DNA of 64,000 nt, from NCBI GenBank assembly GCA_034520945.1, contig JAXHNB010000006.1, forward strand, positions 160,001 to 224,000, given 5' to 3'. The position numbers and the translations under genes were made by a program. Source of the stretch: Trueperaceae bacterium. Lineage in GTDB: Bacteria; Deinococcota; Deinococci; Deinococcales; Trueperaceae. The notes beneath the pieces were generated by a model, which did not search any database, was not told where the DNA came from, and saw only the letters and a program-made list of their open reading frames with translations. Positions 1-10,024 of the stretch are shown here, piece after piece (the stretch's first letter is position 1; each line of letters opens with the position of its first letter).

Positions 1-425
1 CGCGCTTGGAGTTGCCGGTCTGGCGTGTCCGCCATGCGGGTCCGTGCCTCGGCCAGGTGGGCCTCCGCCACGCCCGGCCGCTCGCCGTCCAGCGCGATCC
101 GGGCCAACAGCAGCGCGGGTTCGGGCTCCTCGGTCCGGGCCAGCAGGTCCTGCAAGCGCGACTCGGCCACGGCGCCGTTGCCGGACGCCACCTCGACGCG
201 GGCCAGGGCCAGCTCGGCCTCGAACATGCCGTCCTCGATCTCGAGGGCGTTCCGGCAGGCCTCCCGCGCCGACGAGTAGTCGCCCCCGGCCTCGAAGCGG
301 AGGCACTGGGCGAGGTAGCGGTCGGCGTCGAAGCCTTGGGCCTGCCCCACGCCCGCCAGGAACAGGAGGGGGGCCAGGATCGCGAGGCGAAGGAAACGAA
401 GCGGTGGGACCGTGGGCTCGACCAT
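1..425 (-). CDS. Secreted tetratricopeptide-repeat protein (partial, runs off left edge)
   Basis: Manual reverse translation from ATG at 425 gives MVEPTVPPLRFLRLAILAPLLFLAGVGQAQ (signal-peptide-like), then helical TPR-like text (AREACRNALEI...AELALARVEV...PALLLARIAL). AAGGAG RBS upstream. Not in the ORF track because no stop lies in the window. Confidence 0.7.
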   Translation of the reverse strand, partial: MVEPTVPPLRFLRLAILAPLLFLAGVGQAQGFDADRYLAQCLRFEAGGDYSSAREACRNALEIEDGMFEAELALARVEVASGNGAVAESRLQDLLARTEEPEPALLLARIALDGERPGVAEAHLAEARTRMADTPDRQLQA

Positions 426-691
426 TCGAAGCGTCTCCTTGAAACGACGCGATGCGTGCAACGCGGCTAGGGTGGGCACGGACCCTCGCGGGTCCAGGTG
501 GTGACGATCGCTCATCATGACCGGTATCGAGGCGCCGTGCGGTCGATTGCCTCACTCCGGCGCGGCATGCTGGCGACGCGGCCGGCCCGGCGCCGGACCC
601 GCGCCGGCCTACGCGCGGGTCCCGGCCCGCCCCCTCCCTGACGATGAAGCCGCCTTCACCCGCGTCCATACGGCCGCGGTGTGCCGGTTGC

Positions 692-697
692 TACGCT
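692..697 (+). promoter_or_regulatory. Putative -10 box (TACGCT), leaderless-type promoter
   Basis: TANNNT hexamer 6 nt before GTG at 704, with no obvious RBS. Confidence 0.5.
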
Positions 698-703
698 GAC
701 CTC

Positions 704-1087
704 GTGTCCACCATCCTGCCCTGGTTCCTGATCGCGCAGGCCGCCATGTTCCCGCAACTGGCGCCCGGCAGCGAAGTGCAGGTGGTGTCGCCCGATCTGG
801 TTCGCGTGTACGCGCACGGCGTCTTGGAGGGGTCGGTCCTGACGCTGGAGGGCGCGACGTTGCCGGCCGGCGGAGAGGTGCGCGTGTTGGTGTTTCCGCC
901 CGACGCGGACGCCGAGGAGAGCGCCGCGGTGATGTCCGGCGCGCGGGCCGTGCGGGGACGTATGACCGCCGGCGGCGACGGGTTGTGGATCCTGCCCGAG
1001 GGCGGCGGCGACGCCACCCTCTTGCGCGACCTGTTGCGGGCGCAGGGGATCGAGCTGCTTTTACGCGTCGGGGAGAACGCACCATGA
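704..1087 (+). CDS. Hypothetical protein, first gene of two-component operon
   Basis: ORF 644..1087. Preferred start is GTG 704 (MSTILPWFLIAQAAMFPQL...), with a hydrophobic N-terminus. Stop overlaps the regulator ATG (ATGA). Confidence 0.65.
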   Translation: MSTILPWFLIAQAAMFPQLAPGSEVQVVSPDLVRVYAHGVLEGSVLTLEGATLPAGGEVRVLVFPPDADAEESAAVMSGARAVRGRMTAGGDGLWILPEGGGDATLLRDLLRAQGIELLLRVGENAP

Positions 1088-1788
1088 GCCAGCGCGGCGC
1101 CCCCCCGGAGAACGGGACGCGGCCTCGCCTGCTGCTGATCGAAGACGATGCCGACATCGCCCGCCTGCTGGCGTTGGAGTTGGCGGAGGCGGGGTTCGAG
1201 CTCGAGCATCACGACCGGGGCACGCACGGGCTGACGGCCCTCCGTGAGCGCCGGCCCGACCTGGTGATTCTGGACCTGGGCCTGCCGGACATGGACGGGG
1301 CCGAGATCGCCCGCCGCATCCGCCGGACCGACACCGTGCCGATCCTCGTCCTCACTGCCGCGGACGAGCTGGGACGCAAGGTCCGGCTGTTGGAGGACGG
1401 CGCGGATGACTACCTCGTCAAGCCGTTCCAGGTCGAGGAACTGATCGCCCGCATCCGGGTGCAGCTGCGTAGCCGCGGGGCCGACACGGTGGTGCGCTTC
1501 GGTGCGCTGACGATCGATCGGATGGCGCGCGAAGTCCGCCACGAGGAGACCGAGGTGCTCCTCAGTCCGCGGGAGTTCGACCTGCTGGTGCTGCTGGTGA
1601 CGCAGCCCGGACGCGTGTTCGCGCGGCAGGAGATCGAACGGCGCGTCTGGGGCGATCGCGAGGGCCCCACCAGCAACAGCGTCGACGTGCACGTGGCCAA
1701 CCTGCGCAGCAAACTCCGTGACGCCGGCGCACCGGGGCTGATCCGCACGGTGCGCGGAGTGGGCTACGCGGTGAAGTCGCCCGCGTGA
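1084..1788 (+). CDS. OmpR/PhoB-family response regulator
   Basis: Receiver motifs LLIEDD, ILDLGLPDMDG, LTA, GADDYLVKPF; winged-helix LSPREFDLL...VDVHVANLRSKL...TVRGVGY. Confidence 0.95.
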   Translation: MSQRGAPPENGTRPRLLLIEDDADIARLLALELAEAGFELEHHDRGTHGLTALRERRPDLVILDLGLPDMDGAEIARRIRRTDTVPILVLTAADELGRKVRLLEDGADDYLVKPFQVEELIARIRVQLRSRGADTVVRFGALTIDRMAREVRHEETEVLLSPREFDLLVLLVTQPGRVFARQEIERRVWGDREGPTSNSVDVHVANLRSKLRDAGAPGLIRTVRGVGYAVKSPA

Positions 1789-3117
1789 GGGCTCGGTTCT
1801 TCGCGCGGGTCCCTTTGCGGGTCCGGGTCGCGGCGTGGGTGGCGGGGGCGACCGCCGTGCTGGGGGTGGTCGCGTTGGTGGTGGCGTTCGTCGCCGTTCG
1901 CAGCGCCATGCGCGTGGAGTTGCAGGACGCCCTCCGCCGGGACGCGCGGACGCTGGCCGCAGCCTACGACGGGGCGGAGGGCGGGGCGGGGTTGGCGCCG
2001 CACGCCGCGACGGGCCGCGTGCGCGTGCAGCTGTACGGCCCGGACGGTACGCTGTTCGCCGCCAGCGACCCCGCCGACGAAGCCCCTTCGGCGGCCCTAC
2101 CTACGGACGTCGTGCAAGGCGCCCCGGCCGACTGGCGCGGCCGGCGACAGGGTCGGTCGGTGCAGGCGGCCACGGCACCGTTCTCGCGCGGGGTGGTGGC
2201 GGTGTCCGCCGAGACGGCGTACATCGGCGCGGCACTGACCACCGTGGCCCGCGCGTTGGGCCTGACGGCGGCGGCGTTGCTGTTGGTGGCGCTGCCCGTG
2301 GGGTGGTTCGTGGCGCGCGCCAGCACCGGCCCCATCCGTCGCTTGTCCGAGGCGGCGTCGCGCTTGGGGCCCGAGGACCTGGACCCGTTGGAGGTCGAGC
2401 GTGCCGCCCGACGAGGTGGGCCGGTTGGCGGAGGCGCTGGACGCCCTGCTCGTCCGGGTACGCGACGCCCGCGACGCCCAGCGCGCCTTCTTGGCCGAGA
2501 CCAGTCACGAACTGCGCACGCCGTTGACGTCGCTGCGGGGGTTCCTGCGGCGCGCGCGGCGCAAGGCGAGCCCCGAGGTGGCGGGCGACCTGGAGGACGC
2601 CGAGCGCATCGCGGCCGGCATGGCCCGCCTGGTGGAGGACCTGCTCGAGCTGTCGCGGGGCCGGTTGCTGCGCGAAATCACCCCGCACCTGGTCGACGTC
2701 GGCGAAGAGGTGGTCGCGCCCGTCGTGGCGGAGTTCCCCGGCGTGACGGTCCGTCCCGGACCGGCGTCGACGGTGCTGGGCGAACCGGAACGGTTGCGCC
2801 AGGCGCTGCGGAACCTGGTCGCTAACGCCGAACGGGCGGCGGGGCCCTCGGGCCGCGTCAATGTCGGGTGGACCCTCGGCGGGGGCCACGTGTGCCTCGA
2901 GGTGCGTGACGACGGCCCCGGGCTTTCTCCGGAGGTGGAGGCACGCCTGTTCGAGCCGTTCGCGCCCGGCCCCGGCGGCGGGTCGGGCTTGGGCCTGGCG
3001 ATCGCGAAGCGGCTGATGGAGGCACACGGCGGCACGATTGCCGTGGCGCGCCGCGAGGGCGAAACCGTGTTCGAGTTGCGCCTGCCCGCCCTCGACGAGG
3101 ACGACGAGAGCGAATGA
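1785..3117 (+). pseudogene. HAMP-domain sensor histidine kinase split by a frameshift near 2400 (pseudogene or sequencing error)
   Basis: ORF from 1785 gives two TM helices and the HAMP start. ORF 2401..3117 in another frame gives the HAMP end (DEVGRLAEALD), H-box (SHELRTPLT), N-box (RNLVANA) and G-boxes (DDGPG, GSGLGLAI). Span is 1333 nt = 3n+1. Confidence 0.85.
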
Positions 3118-3175
3118 CGCGCCGAGGCGCACGAGCTGCGCGGGCCGCGGCGCCGACGGACGGGGCAGGGCGGGA

Positions 3176-3727
3176 CTACAGCTTGGGCAGCGTCACCCCG
3201 CGCTGGCCCATGTACTTGCCCTTGCGGTCGGCGTAGGTGGTCTCGGGCCGTTCGTCGCCCTGGAAGAACAGCAGCTGCACGATGCCCTCGTGGGCGTACA
3301 CCTTGGCAGGCAGCGGCGTGGTGTTCGACAACTCCAGCGTCACGTTGCCCTCCCAGCCCGGCTCGAGCGGCGTGACGTTGGCGACGATGCCGGTGCGCGC
3401 ATACGAGGACTTGCCAAGCGCCACGACCAGCACGTCGTCCGGGATCCGCAGGTACTCGATCGACCGGGTCAGCGCGAACGAGTTCGGCGGGATCACGCAG
3501 GTGTCGGCCTCCACCTCCACGAAGCTGGCGGGATCGAACGCCTTGGGGTCGACCATCGCGTTGAAGGCGTTGACGAACACCCGCCACTCCGGGGCGGCCC
3601 GCAGGTCGTACCCGAACGAGGACAGGCCGTAGCTGATCACGCCCGCGCGTTCGAGGTGCTCCACGAACGGTTCGATCATGCCTTCCTGGGCCCGCGCCCG
3701 GATCCAACGGTCGGAACGGATGGTCAT
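3176..3727 (-). CDS. dcd: dCTP deaminase
   Basis: MTIRSDRWI...[13 protein letters not shown]...[44 protein letters not shown]...YADRKGKY motifs. Confidence 0.95.
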   Translation of the reverse strand: MTIRSDRWIRARAQEGMIEPFVEHLERAGVISYGLSSFGYDLRAAPEWRVFVNAFNAMVDPKAFDPASFVEVEADTCVIPPNSFALTRSIEYLRIPDDVLVVALGKSSYARTGIVANVTPLEPGWEGNVTLELSNTTPLPAKVYAHEGIVQLLFFQGDERPETTYADRKGKYMGQRGVTLPKL

Positions 3728-3775
3728 GCGGGAGTGTATCGCGCCGTGCCGCGCCCCTGGGGGATGCGTTCCGGG

Positions 3776-3781
3776 TAGGCT
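3776..3781 (+). promoter_or_regulatory. Putative -10 box (TAGGCT) for leaderless coaX
   Basis: TANNNT 6 nt before ATG 3788. A divergent TACACT (3733-3738, minus strand) lies 5 nt before the dcd ATG. Confidence 0.55.
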
Positions 3782-3787
3782 GCCGGC

Positions 3788-4567
3788 ATGCTGCTCGCCG
3801 TGGACGTGGGCAACACCAGCACCGTGCTCGGCCTCTACCAGGGTGACGAGCGCGTGGTGCACTGGCGAATCGGCACCGATGCGCGCCGGATGAGTGATCA
3901 GTACGCCGTGCTGCTCCGCAACCTGCTGGCGCTGGAGGGGACGCCGCCGCCCGACCGGGCGGTCGTGTCCTCGGTGGTGCCGCCCAGCGGCCGTGAGCTC
4001 GGCCGTGCGCTGAAGCGCTACTGGGGGATCGAAGCGATGCGCGTCACGCACGAGCTGGTGGCGCCCCTGCTACGCGTCGAGACGGAGCGACCCAGCGAGG
4101 TGGGGGCCGACCGGCTGGTGAACGCCGTCGCGGCGCTCACCTACGACGCCGACGCCGTGATCGCGGTCGACTTCGGCACCGCCACCAACTTCGACCTGGT
4201 GGTCGCGCCCGACCGGTTGTTGGGGGTGGCGCTGGCGCCGGGGCCGATGGTGGCGGCCGACGCGCTGTTCGACCGGGCCGCCAAGCTGCCTCGCGTCGAT
4301 CTCACCGCGCCTGCGAAGGCGGTGGGGCGAAACACCGTCGACGCGCTCCGTTCCGGGCTGGTGTTCGGCTACACCGAGATGGTCGACGGCATGGTCGACC
4401 GGATCGAGCGGGAGGTGCGTGAGGAGATCGGGCCGTCCGGCCGCCTGCGGGTGATCGCCACCGGCGGGTTCGCTGATGTGGTGGGGCCGCACAGCCGCCG
4501 CATCGACGTGGTCGACCCCTGGCTCACGCTGACGGGGTTGGCGCGGGTGGCGCAGGCGTTGGCCTGA
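3788..4567 (+). CDS. coaX: Type III pantothenate kinase
   Basis: [32 protein letters not shown] motifs. Confidence 0.95.
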   Translation: MLLAVDVGNTSTVLGLYQGDERVVHWRIGTDARRMSDQYAVLLRNLLALEGTPPPDRAVVSSVVPPSGRELGRALKRYWGIEAMRVTHELVAPLLRVETERPSEVGADRLVNAVAALTYDADAVIAVDFGTATNFDLVVAPDRLLGVALAPGPMVAADALFDRAAKLPRVDLTAPAKAVGRNTVDALRSGLVFGYTEMVDGMVDRIEREVREEIGPSGRLRVIATGGFADVVGPHSRRIDVVDPWLTLTGLARVAQALA

Positions 4568-4603
4568 GCGCGCCGCGGCGGCACGGACCGCAGGGGGTGG
4601 CGC

Positions 4604-5065
4604 TCAGAAGTACCAGTCGACCCCGATGGCCGCACCTAGGGTCGGGACGCGCGTATTGCCGCTCCGGCCGCCCAAGCTGATCTGGCCGCCGAGGGAGATC
4701 TCGGCGAACACTGCGAGGGGATCCAGCCCGAGCTCGCGGAAGCGGAACGCCCCGCCCGCCAGGGCGTGCACGTCCAGCACCGCGTCGCCTCCGCCGACCT
4801 CGACGGCGGGCCCGCCGCCGGCGTAGCCGCGCAGGTCGCCGTCCACGCCGAGCGTGCGGAGCGCGTCGACGCCGAAGCCGACGCGGGTGTCGCCGCGCAC
4901 CGACACCACGCGCCCGGAGAAGCGGTAGTCGAACGCGCCGCCCGGGATGCCGTAGTGAAGCGTGACGCCGAGGGGGTACCCGCTGCGCACGCCGAACCAG
5001 TTCTGCGCCTGGGCCGCGCCGCCCGCCAGCGCCAGCAGGGCCAATGCGATCGCCAGTCGTCTCAT
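4604..5065 (-). CDS. Small secreted protein, probable outer-membrane beta-barrel
   Basis: Signal peptide (MRRLAIALALLALAGGAAQA), Gly/aromatic amphipathic strands, C-terminal DWYF. TAGAGT box 7 nt upstream. Confidence 0.65.
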   Translation of the reverse strand: MRRLAIALALLALAGGAAQAQNWFGVRSGYPLGVTLHYGIPGGAFDYRFSGRVVSVRGDTRVGFGVDALRTLGVDGDLRGYAGGGPAVEVGGGDAVLDVHALAGGAFRFRELGLDPLAVFAEISLGGQISLGGRSGNTRVPTLGAAIGVDWYF

Positions 5066-5198
5066 TCAGCCCACTCTACGACGGGTGTGCACCGCCCGTC
5101 GCGCACACGGACCGCGGCGCGCCTCCTTGCGCCTCGCCGCGGCGCCTTGTATGCTCGCCGCGTTCGCCCAATCCGCCGCTCTCGTCCAGGAGGTTCGT

Positions 5199-6281
5199 AT
5201 GAAGCGCCGTGATTTCCTGAAGAAGGCCGGGGTCGCCACCGCCTCGGCCTCGCTGTCCCCGCTCATGTTCGCCAACGCCCAGTCGGCCACCTACCGTCTC
5301 GACATGGTGACCTCCTGGCCGCGCGGCCTGCCCGCGCTGTTCGGGGGTGCGGAGAACGTCGCGCGCTACCTGAACGAGCTCACCGACGGCGACGTCGAGG
5401 TGACCGTTCATCCCGCCGGGGCGCAGGTCGCCGCGTTCGAGGTGTACGACGCCGTCTCGTCGGGTGCGTTCGCGATGGGGCACGCCGCGCCGTACTACTT
5501 CATCAACAAGAACCCCACCCACGCGTTCTTCACCGCCGTGCCGTTCGGGATGGACGGGCAGCAGTTCAACGCCTGGATGCATGCCGGCGGCGGTCAGGAC
5601 CTGGCCGACGAGCTGACGGCGCCGGACGACGTGATCATGTACCCCGCAGGCAACACCGGGGCGCAGACCAGCGGGTGGTTCAACACCGAGATCAATACCA
5701 TCGAGGACTTCCAGGGGCTCACCATTCGCTTCCCCGGCTTCGGGGGACAGGTGCTGTCGCGCGTGGGGGCCAACGTCCAGAATCTTCCAGGTGGAGAGGT
5801 CTTCCAGGCGCTGGACAGCGGCGTGATCGACGCCGCCGACTGGGTGGGGCCGTACGACGACCAGACCTTCGGGATGCAGAACGCCGCCCGGTACTACTAC
5901 TTCCCGAGTTGGGCCGAACCGGGCGCCGCGCTGGCGGTGTACATGAACCGCAGCCAGTACGAAGACCTGCCCGCGGACATCCAGGCGGCGTTCCGGACCG
6001 CGGCGGCGCGGGCCAACCAGCAGATGCTGGCCGAGTACGACGCGTTGAACGGGCCGGCGCTGCAGGAGCTGATCGATGGCGGCACCGAGATCCGCTTCCT
6101 GTCCAACGAGGTGCTGGCCGCGCTGGAGGCCGCGACGGAGGAGATCCACGCCGAGAACGCGAACGGCAACGAGCTGTACGGCCGGGTGCTGGAGAACTAC
6201 GACGCGTTCAAGGAACGCGTCCGCTTCTGGCATGCCGTCGGGCAGCACCGCTACGCCTCGTACGTGCACCGGGACGACTGA
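5199..6281 (+). CDS. dctP: TRAP transporter substrate-binding protein (DctP/TakP-like, Tat signal)
   Basis: MKRRDFLKK Tat motif, MVTSWP, VPFG, GNTGAQTSGWF, IRFPG, DAADWVGPYDD. AGGAGG RBS. Confidence 0.92.
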   Translation: MKRRDFLKKAGVATASASLSPLMFANAQSATYRLDMVTSWPRGLPALFGGAENVARYLNELTDGDVEVTVHPAGAQVAAFEVYDAVSSGAFAMGHAAPYYFINKNPTHAFFTAVPFGMDGQQFNAWMHAGGGQDLADELTAPDDVIMYPAGNTGAQTSGWFNTEINTIEDFQGLTIRFPGFGGQVLSRVGANVQNLPGGEVFQALDSGVIDAADWVGPYDDQTFGMQNAARYYYFPSWAEPGAALAVYMNRSQYEDLPADIQAAFRTAAARANQQMLAEYDALNGPALQELIDGGTEIRFLSNEVLAALEAATEEIHAENANGNELYGRVLENYDAFKERVRFWHAVGQHRYASYVHRDD

Positions 6282-6309
6282 GGCACGGACCGCAGGCCGA
6301 ACGTCCGGT

Positions 6310-6336
6310 GCGGGCCCCGCTACGTGCGGGGCCCGC
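6310..6336. terminator. Inverted repeat between convergent dctP and dctM (putative bidirectional terminator)
   Basis: GCGGGCCCCGC-TACGT-GCGGGGCCCGC forms a perfect 11-bp stem; no U-tract. Confidence 0.6.
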
Positions 6337-6339
6337 GCG

Positions 6340-7701
6340 TCATTTCAGGTTCGCCAGGCGCGGCAGCCACGTCACCAGCGAGGGGAACGCCACGATCAGC
6401 AACAGCGCGATCAGCTGCACCGCGATGAACGGCACGATGCCGCGATACACGTCGATGGTGCGCACCTCCGGCGGCGCCACCCCCTTCAGGTAGAACAGCG
6501 CGAACCCGAACGGCGGGGTCAGGAACGACGCCTGCAGGTTCATGGCCACGACCACCCCGAACCAGGGCATCATCTCGGGTCCGAACCAGGACAGCGCAAT
6601 CGGCGCCACGAACGGCACGACGATGAAGGTGATCTCGATGAAGTCGATGAAGAAGCCCAGCAGGAAGATCACCAGCATGGTGAAAAACAAGAACCCCCAC
6701 TGCCCGCCCGGCAGGCCGGTCAGGAACGCGTCCACCAGCCGGCCGCCGCGCAGCGCGGTGAACACCATGCTGAACGCCGTCGCGCCGACCAGGATCACGA
6801 ACACCATGCTGGTCAGCTTGACGGTCTGATCCATGGTGTCGCGCAGCGCCGTCAGCGTGAGGCGACGGTTGGCCAGCGCCAGCAGCATGGCGCCGATCGC
6901 GCCCATGGCGCCGGCCTCGGTGGGGGTGGCCAGGCCAGCGAAGATCGTGCCCAGCACCACCATGATCAGGAACAACGGCGGAATCAGGCTCTTCAGGACG
7001 CGCCCCGCCAGCGCGAAGCCGCGGAGCGTGCGGGCCTCCGGGGGCATGGCCGGCGCCATTTCCGGGTTTCGCCACGCCACGAACGCGACCCAGACCACGA
7101 ACAGACCCGCCAGCATGACCCCCGGGATCACGGCCCCCACGAACAGCGTGCCGACCGATACGCCCAACTGGTCGCCCAGGATGACCAGCACGATCGAGGG
7201 CGGAATGATCTGCCCCAACGTGCCGGAGGAGGCGACCACGCCGGCCGCGAGCGACTTGGCGTAGTGGTACTTCAACATCACGGGCAGCGCCAGCACGCCC
7301 ATGGTCACCACCGAGGCGCCCACCACGCCCGTGGAGGCGGCCAGCAGGGCGCCGACCGCCACCACGCTGATGGCGAGCCCCCCGCGAAGGCGGCCGAACA
7401 GCATGCCCATCGTCTCGAGCAGTTCCTCGGCCAGCCCCGACTTCTCGAGCATGACGCCCATGTACACGAAGAACGGCACCGCCACCAGCGTGTAGTTGTC
7501 CATGATGGTGCCGAAGATCCGCTGTGGAAAAATGCCCAATCGAGCCACGCGGAAGGCCGGCTCCCACGGGAACCACGCGAACGGGTCGGCGCCGATCAGC
7601 GTAAACAGCACCGCGGTGCCGCCCAGGCTGAACGCGACGGGGAAGCCGAGCAGCAACAAACCGACCGCGGCCGCGAACATCCACAGCGACAGGTACTCCA
7701 T
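6340..7701 (-). CDS. dctM: TRAP transporter large permease
   Basis: GFPVAFSLGG, LVAVPFF, ASTGVVGASVV, GTLGQIIPPS, ATPTEAGAMG, TPPFGFALFYL. Confidence 0.93.
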   Translation of the reverse strand: MEYLSLWMFAAAVGLLLLGFPVAFSLGGTAVLFTLIGADPFAWFPWEPAFRVARLGIFPQRIFGTIMDNYTLVAVPFFVYMGVMLEKSGLAEELLETMGMLFGRLRGGLAISVVAVGALLAASTGVVGASVVTMGVLALPVMLKYHYAKSLAAGVVASSGTLGQIIPPSIVLVILGDQLGVSVGTLFVGAVIPGVMLAGLFVVWVAFVAWRNPEMAPAMPPEARTLRGFALAGRVLKSLIPPLFLIMVVLGTIFAGLATPTEAGAMGAIGAMLLALANRRLTLTALRDTMDQTVKLTSMVFVILVGATAFSMVFTALRGGRLVDAFLTGLPGGQWGFLFFTMLVIFLLGFFIDFIEITFIVVPFVAPIALSWFGPEMMPWFGVVVAMNLQASFLTPPFGFALFYLKGVAPPEVRTIDVYRGIVPFIAVQLIALLLIVAFPSLVTWLPRLANLK

Positions 7702-8366
7702 CAGGCGGTCCCGTCCCCGCGGCCGTCCGCCCCCGGGTCGGTGCCGGCGTCGTCCGGCGTGGGCGAGGCGGCCTCGGTCGCGTCCGCAATCAGGCTGGTG
7801 CCCGCGCCGGGATCCGGGTCGGGGCGCGCGTGGAACGAGCGCGAGTGGGGATGGCCGGCCAGGAACGCGCTGTGCTTGATCGCCTCGCTGACGGCCTGGA
7901 CCAGCAGCAGCGCGAACGCCAGCACGATGACGGTCTTGATCGGATAGACGGGGATGCCGCCGGCGTTCAGGTCGATCTCGCCCTGGCGCCAGGAGGTGGC
8001 GACGTAGCGTCCCGAGAAGTGCAGGCCCATCAGGCAGAACGGGACCAGGAACATCGCGATCCCCCCGATGTCGATCCAGGCGCGCGCCTTGCGCGACAGC
8101 TGGCTGTACACGATGTCGACGCGGACGTGCGCGTTCATGCGAAACACGTACGCCGCCCCCAGCAGGAACACGAAGTCGTAGGCGTAGGTCTGAAGCACGA
8201 TGAACTCGGTGCCCCCGAGCGACATGCCGAGGGCCCGGCCGAGGTAGCGAGTCACCACGTTGTAGCCGCCGATCAGCACCATCGCCAGCGTGACCCACCA
8301 CGCCGTGCGGCCGACGAGCGTGCTGACGTCATCGATGCCCTTCGAGAGCGATAGCAGGAAGCTCAC
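7701..8366 (-). CDS. dctQ: TRAP transporter small permease
   Basis: Four TM segments and HVRVDI motif. AGGAG 7 nt before GTG 8366. Stop abuts the dctM start. Confidence 0.9.
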   Translation of the reverse strand: MSFLLSLSKGIDDVSTLVGRTAWWVTLAMVLIGGYNVVTRYLGRALGMSLGGTEFIVLQTYAYDFVFLLGAAYVFRMNAHVRVDIVYSQLSRKARAWIDIGGIAMFLVPFCLMGLHFSGRYVATSWRQGEIDLNAGGIPVYPIKTVIVLAFALLLVQAVSEAIKHSAFLAGHPHSRSFHARPDPDPGAGTSLIADATEAASPTPDDAGTDPGADGRGDGTA

Positions 8367-8485
8367 GGTCACGCTCCTCGAACCTGTCCGACCGGGCGCA
8401 TCGTCCACCAGCGCCCGAGTCCGTCGGGACGCGGCATGGTACCCCGCGCCCAGAGGGCGGTCAACGACGCGCAGCGGGCGGAATC

Positions 8486-9580
8486 TCAGCGCAGGTAGCG
8501 GTCCACGTCGCGTTCGTGCGCCGGCAGCGAGGTGTTGGGCCGGAACACCGGGGTTCCCCCGTCGGTGCCGTGCAGAAAGTACAACCACGGCGCGCCCGAC
8601 TCGTGGGTGCGTACGGGCGCCAGCACGGACGACAGGGCGTCGGCGCCGGGGTTGCCGATCGGCCCGCGGGGAAGGCCGGTGCGGGTGTAGGTATTCCAGG
8701 GGTGGTCGACCCGAAGGTCGCCGTCGACGGCGGACAGCTCCGGCAGGCGCTTGTCCAGCCCGTACGCGACGGTCGGGTCGGACTGCAGCGGCATGCCCGC
8801 CTCCAGCCTGTTGAGGAACACGCCGGCGATGATGGGCATCTCCGTCGGCCCGGCCGCTTCGGCCTGCACCATGCTGGCCAGGGTGGTCCACGCGTGCACG
8901 GTGAGGTCCGCCTCCTGGAGTCGGGCTCTCGTCGCGTCGTCCAGGCGGGCCGCGAAGTGGTCCACCATGGTGCGCAACGCCTCGGCCACGTCGCCGCCTC
9001 GGTGGAACTCGTAGGTGTCCGGGAACAGGTACCCCTCCAGGCTGGCGCCGTCCGGCAGCCAGGGCGGCGCCAACGCGCCCGGATCCGCGATCCGGCCCAT
9101 CACCTCGTCCGCGTCGGCGACCCCGGCCTCGTCAAGCCGTACGGCCACCTCGCCAGCACGCAGGCCCTCCGGCACCACGACACGGGAGGTGCGTGGCCGG
9201 CCGCCCTCCACCAACCGCCGTGCGACCTCCGCCGCCGAAACGCCGGGGGCGAGATCGTACAGGCCTTCGCCGATGCGACGATCGAAGCCGCGCGCCCGGA
9301 GGTAGAGGGCGAACACGGTGCCGTCGCGGACCACGCCGGTCGCCTCGAGCTCGTCGGCGATGCGCGCCGCCCCCCAGCCGGGCAGGACCTCGAGCGTCTT
9401 GGTCGCGGTCGCGTTCGGATCGGGCGCCGACAGGCGCCACGTCGTCCAGGCGCCGGCCAAGGCGATCGCGGCGGTAAGCATGATCAGCAGGCGAGGGGCC
9501 AGGACCTTCCGGGGGCCGCGCCGCGGTGCGCCCGCAGCGGACGCATCGCCATCCCGTCGTTCCGGCCCTTCTTCGGTCAC
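8486..9580 (-). CDS. mltG: Endolytic transglycosylase MltG (YceG-like)
   Basis: N-terminal TM, VPEG, LEGYLFPDTY, LASMVQAE, NRL...LQSDPT, PWNTY...GLPRGPIGNPG. Confidence 0.93.
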   Translation of the reverse strand: MTEEGPERRDGDASAAGAPRRGPRKVLAPRLLIMLTAAIALAGAWTTWRLSAPDPNATATKTLEVLPGWGAARIADELEATGVVRDGTVFALYLRARGFDRRIGEGLYDLAPGVSAAEVARRLVEGGRPRTSRVVVPEGLRAGEVAVRLDEAGVADADEVMGRIADPGALAPPWLPDGASLEGYLFPDTYEFHRGGDVAEALRTMVDHFAARLDDATRARLQEADLTVHAWTTLASMVQAEAAGPTEMPIIAGVFLNRLEAGMPLQSDPTVAYGLDKRLPELSAVDGDLRVDHPWNTYTRTGLPRGPIGNPGADALSSVLAPVRTHESGAPWLYFLHGTDGGTPVFRPNTSLPAHERDVDRYLR

Positions 9581-10020
9581 GGCTCCGGCTCCGGCTCCCC
9601 CGCGGCCCGCGACGCGAGCCAACTCTCCAGGATCAGGACCGCCGCGGCCTCGTCCACGCGTCCCTTGTCCTGCCGCTTGCCGGCAGGAAGCGAACTGGTC
9701 GCCAGGCGCCGCTCGGCGATGGCGGTGGTGTAGCGTTCGTCCTCGAACGTCACCGACAGGCCCGCAGCATGGAGCGCCGTCGCGAACGCCCGGACGCGCT
9801 GGGTCTGGGCGGAGTCGCGCCCGTCGGTGCGGCGCGGCAGGCCCACCACGATGCGGGTCGCGCCCTCCGACCGGGCCAAGGCCGTCACCTCGCGGACGTC
9901 GTCTCCCTGGCGCCCCCGGCGCAGCGCCCCGCGCGGAAACGCCAGCCGGGAGCCCGTTTCGCCGCGCGCAACACCGATTCGAGCCTCGCCCACGTCGAGC
10001 CCCAGCACGATCTCGTTCAC
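9577..10020 (-). CDS. ruvX: Holliday junction resolvase-like / pre-16S rRNA nuclease YqgF
   Basis: LGLDVGEARIGVA, IVVGLP, DERYTT, VDEAAAVLILE; located between alaS and mltG. Confidence 0.93.
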   Translation of the reverse strand: MNEIVLGLDVGEARIGVARGETGSRLAFPRGALRRGRQGDDVREVTALARSEGATRIVVGLPRRTDGRDSAQTQRVRAFATALHAAGLSVTFEDERYTTAIAERRLATSSLPAGKRQDKGRVDEAAAVLILESWLASRAAGEPEPEP

Positions 10021-10024
10021 GGCC

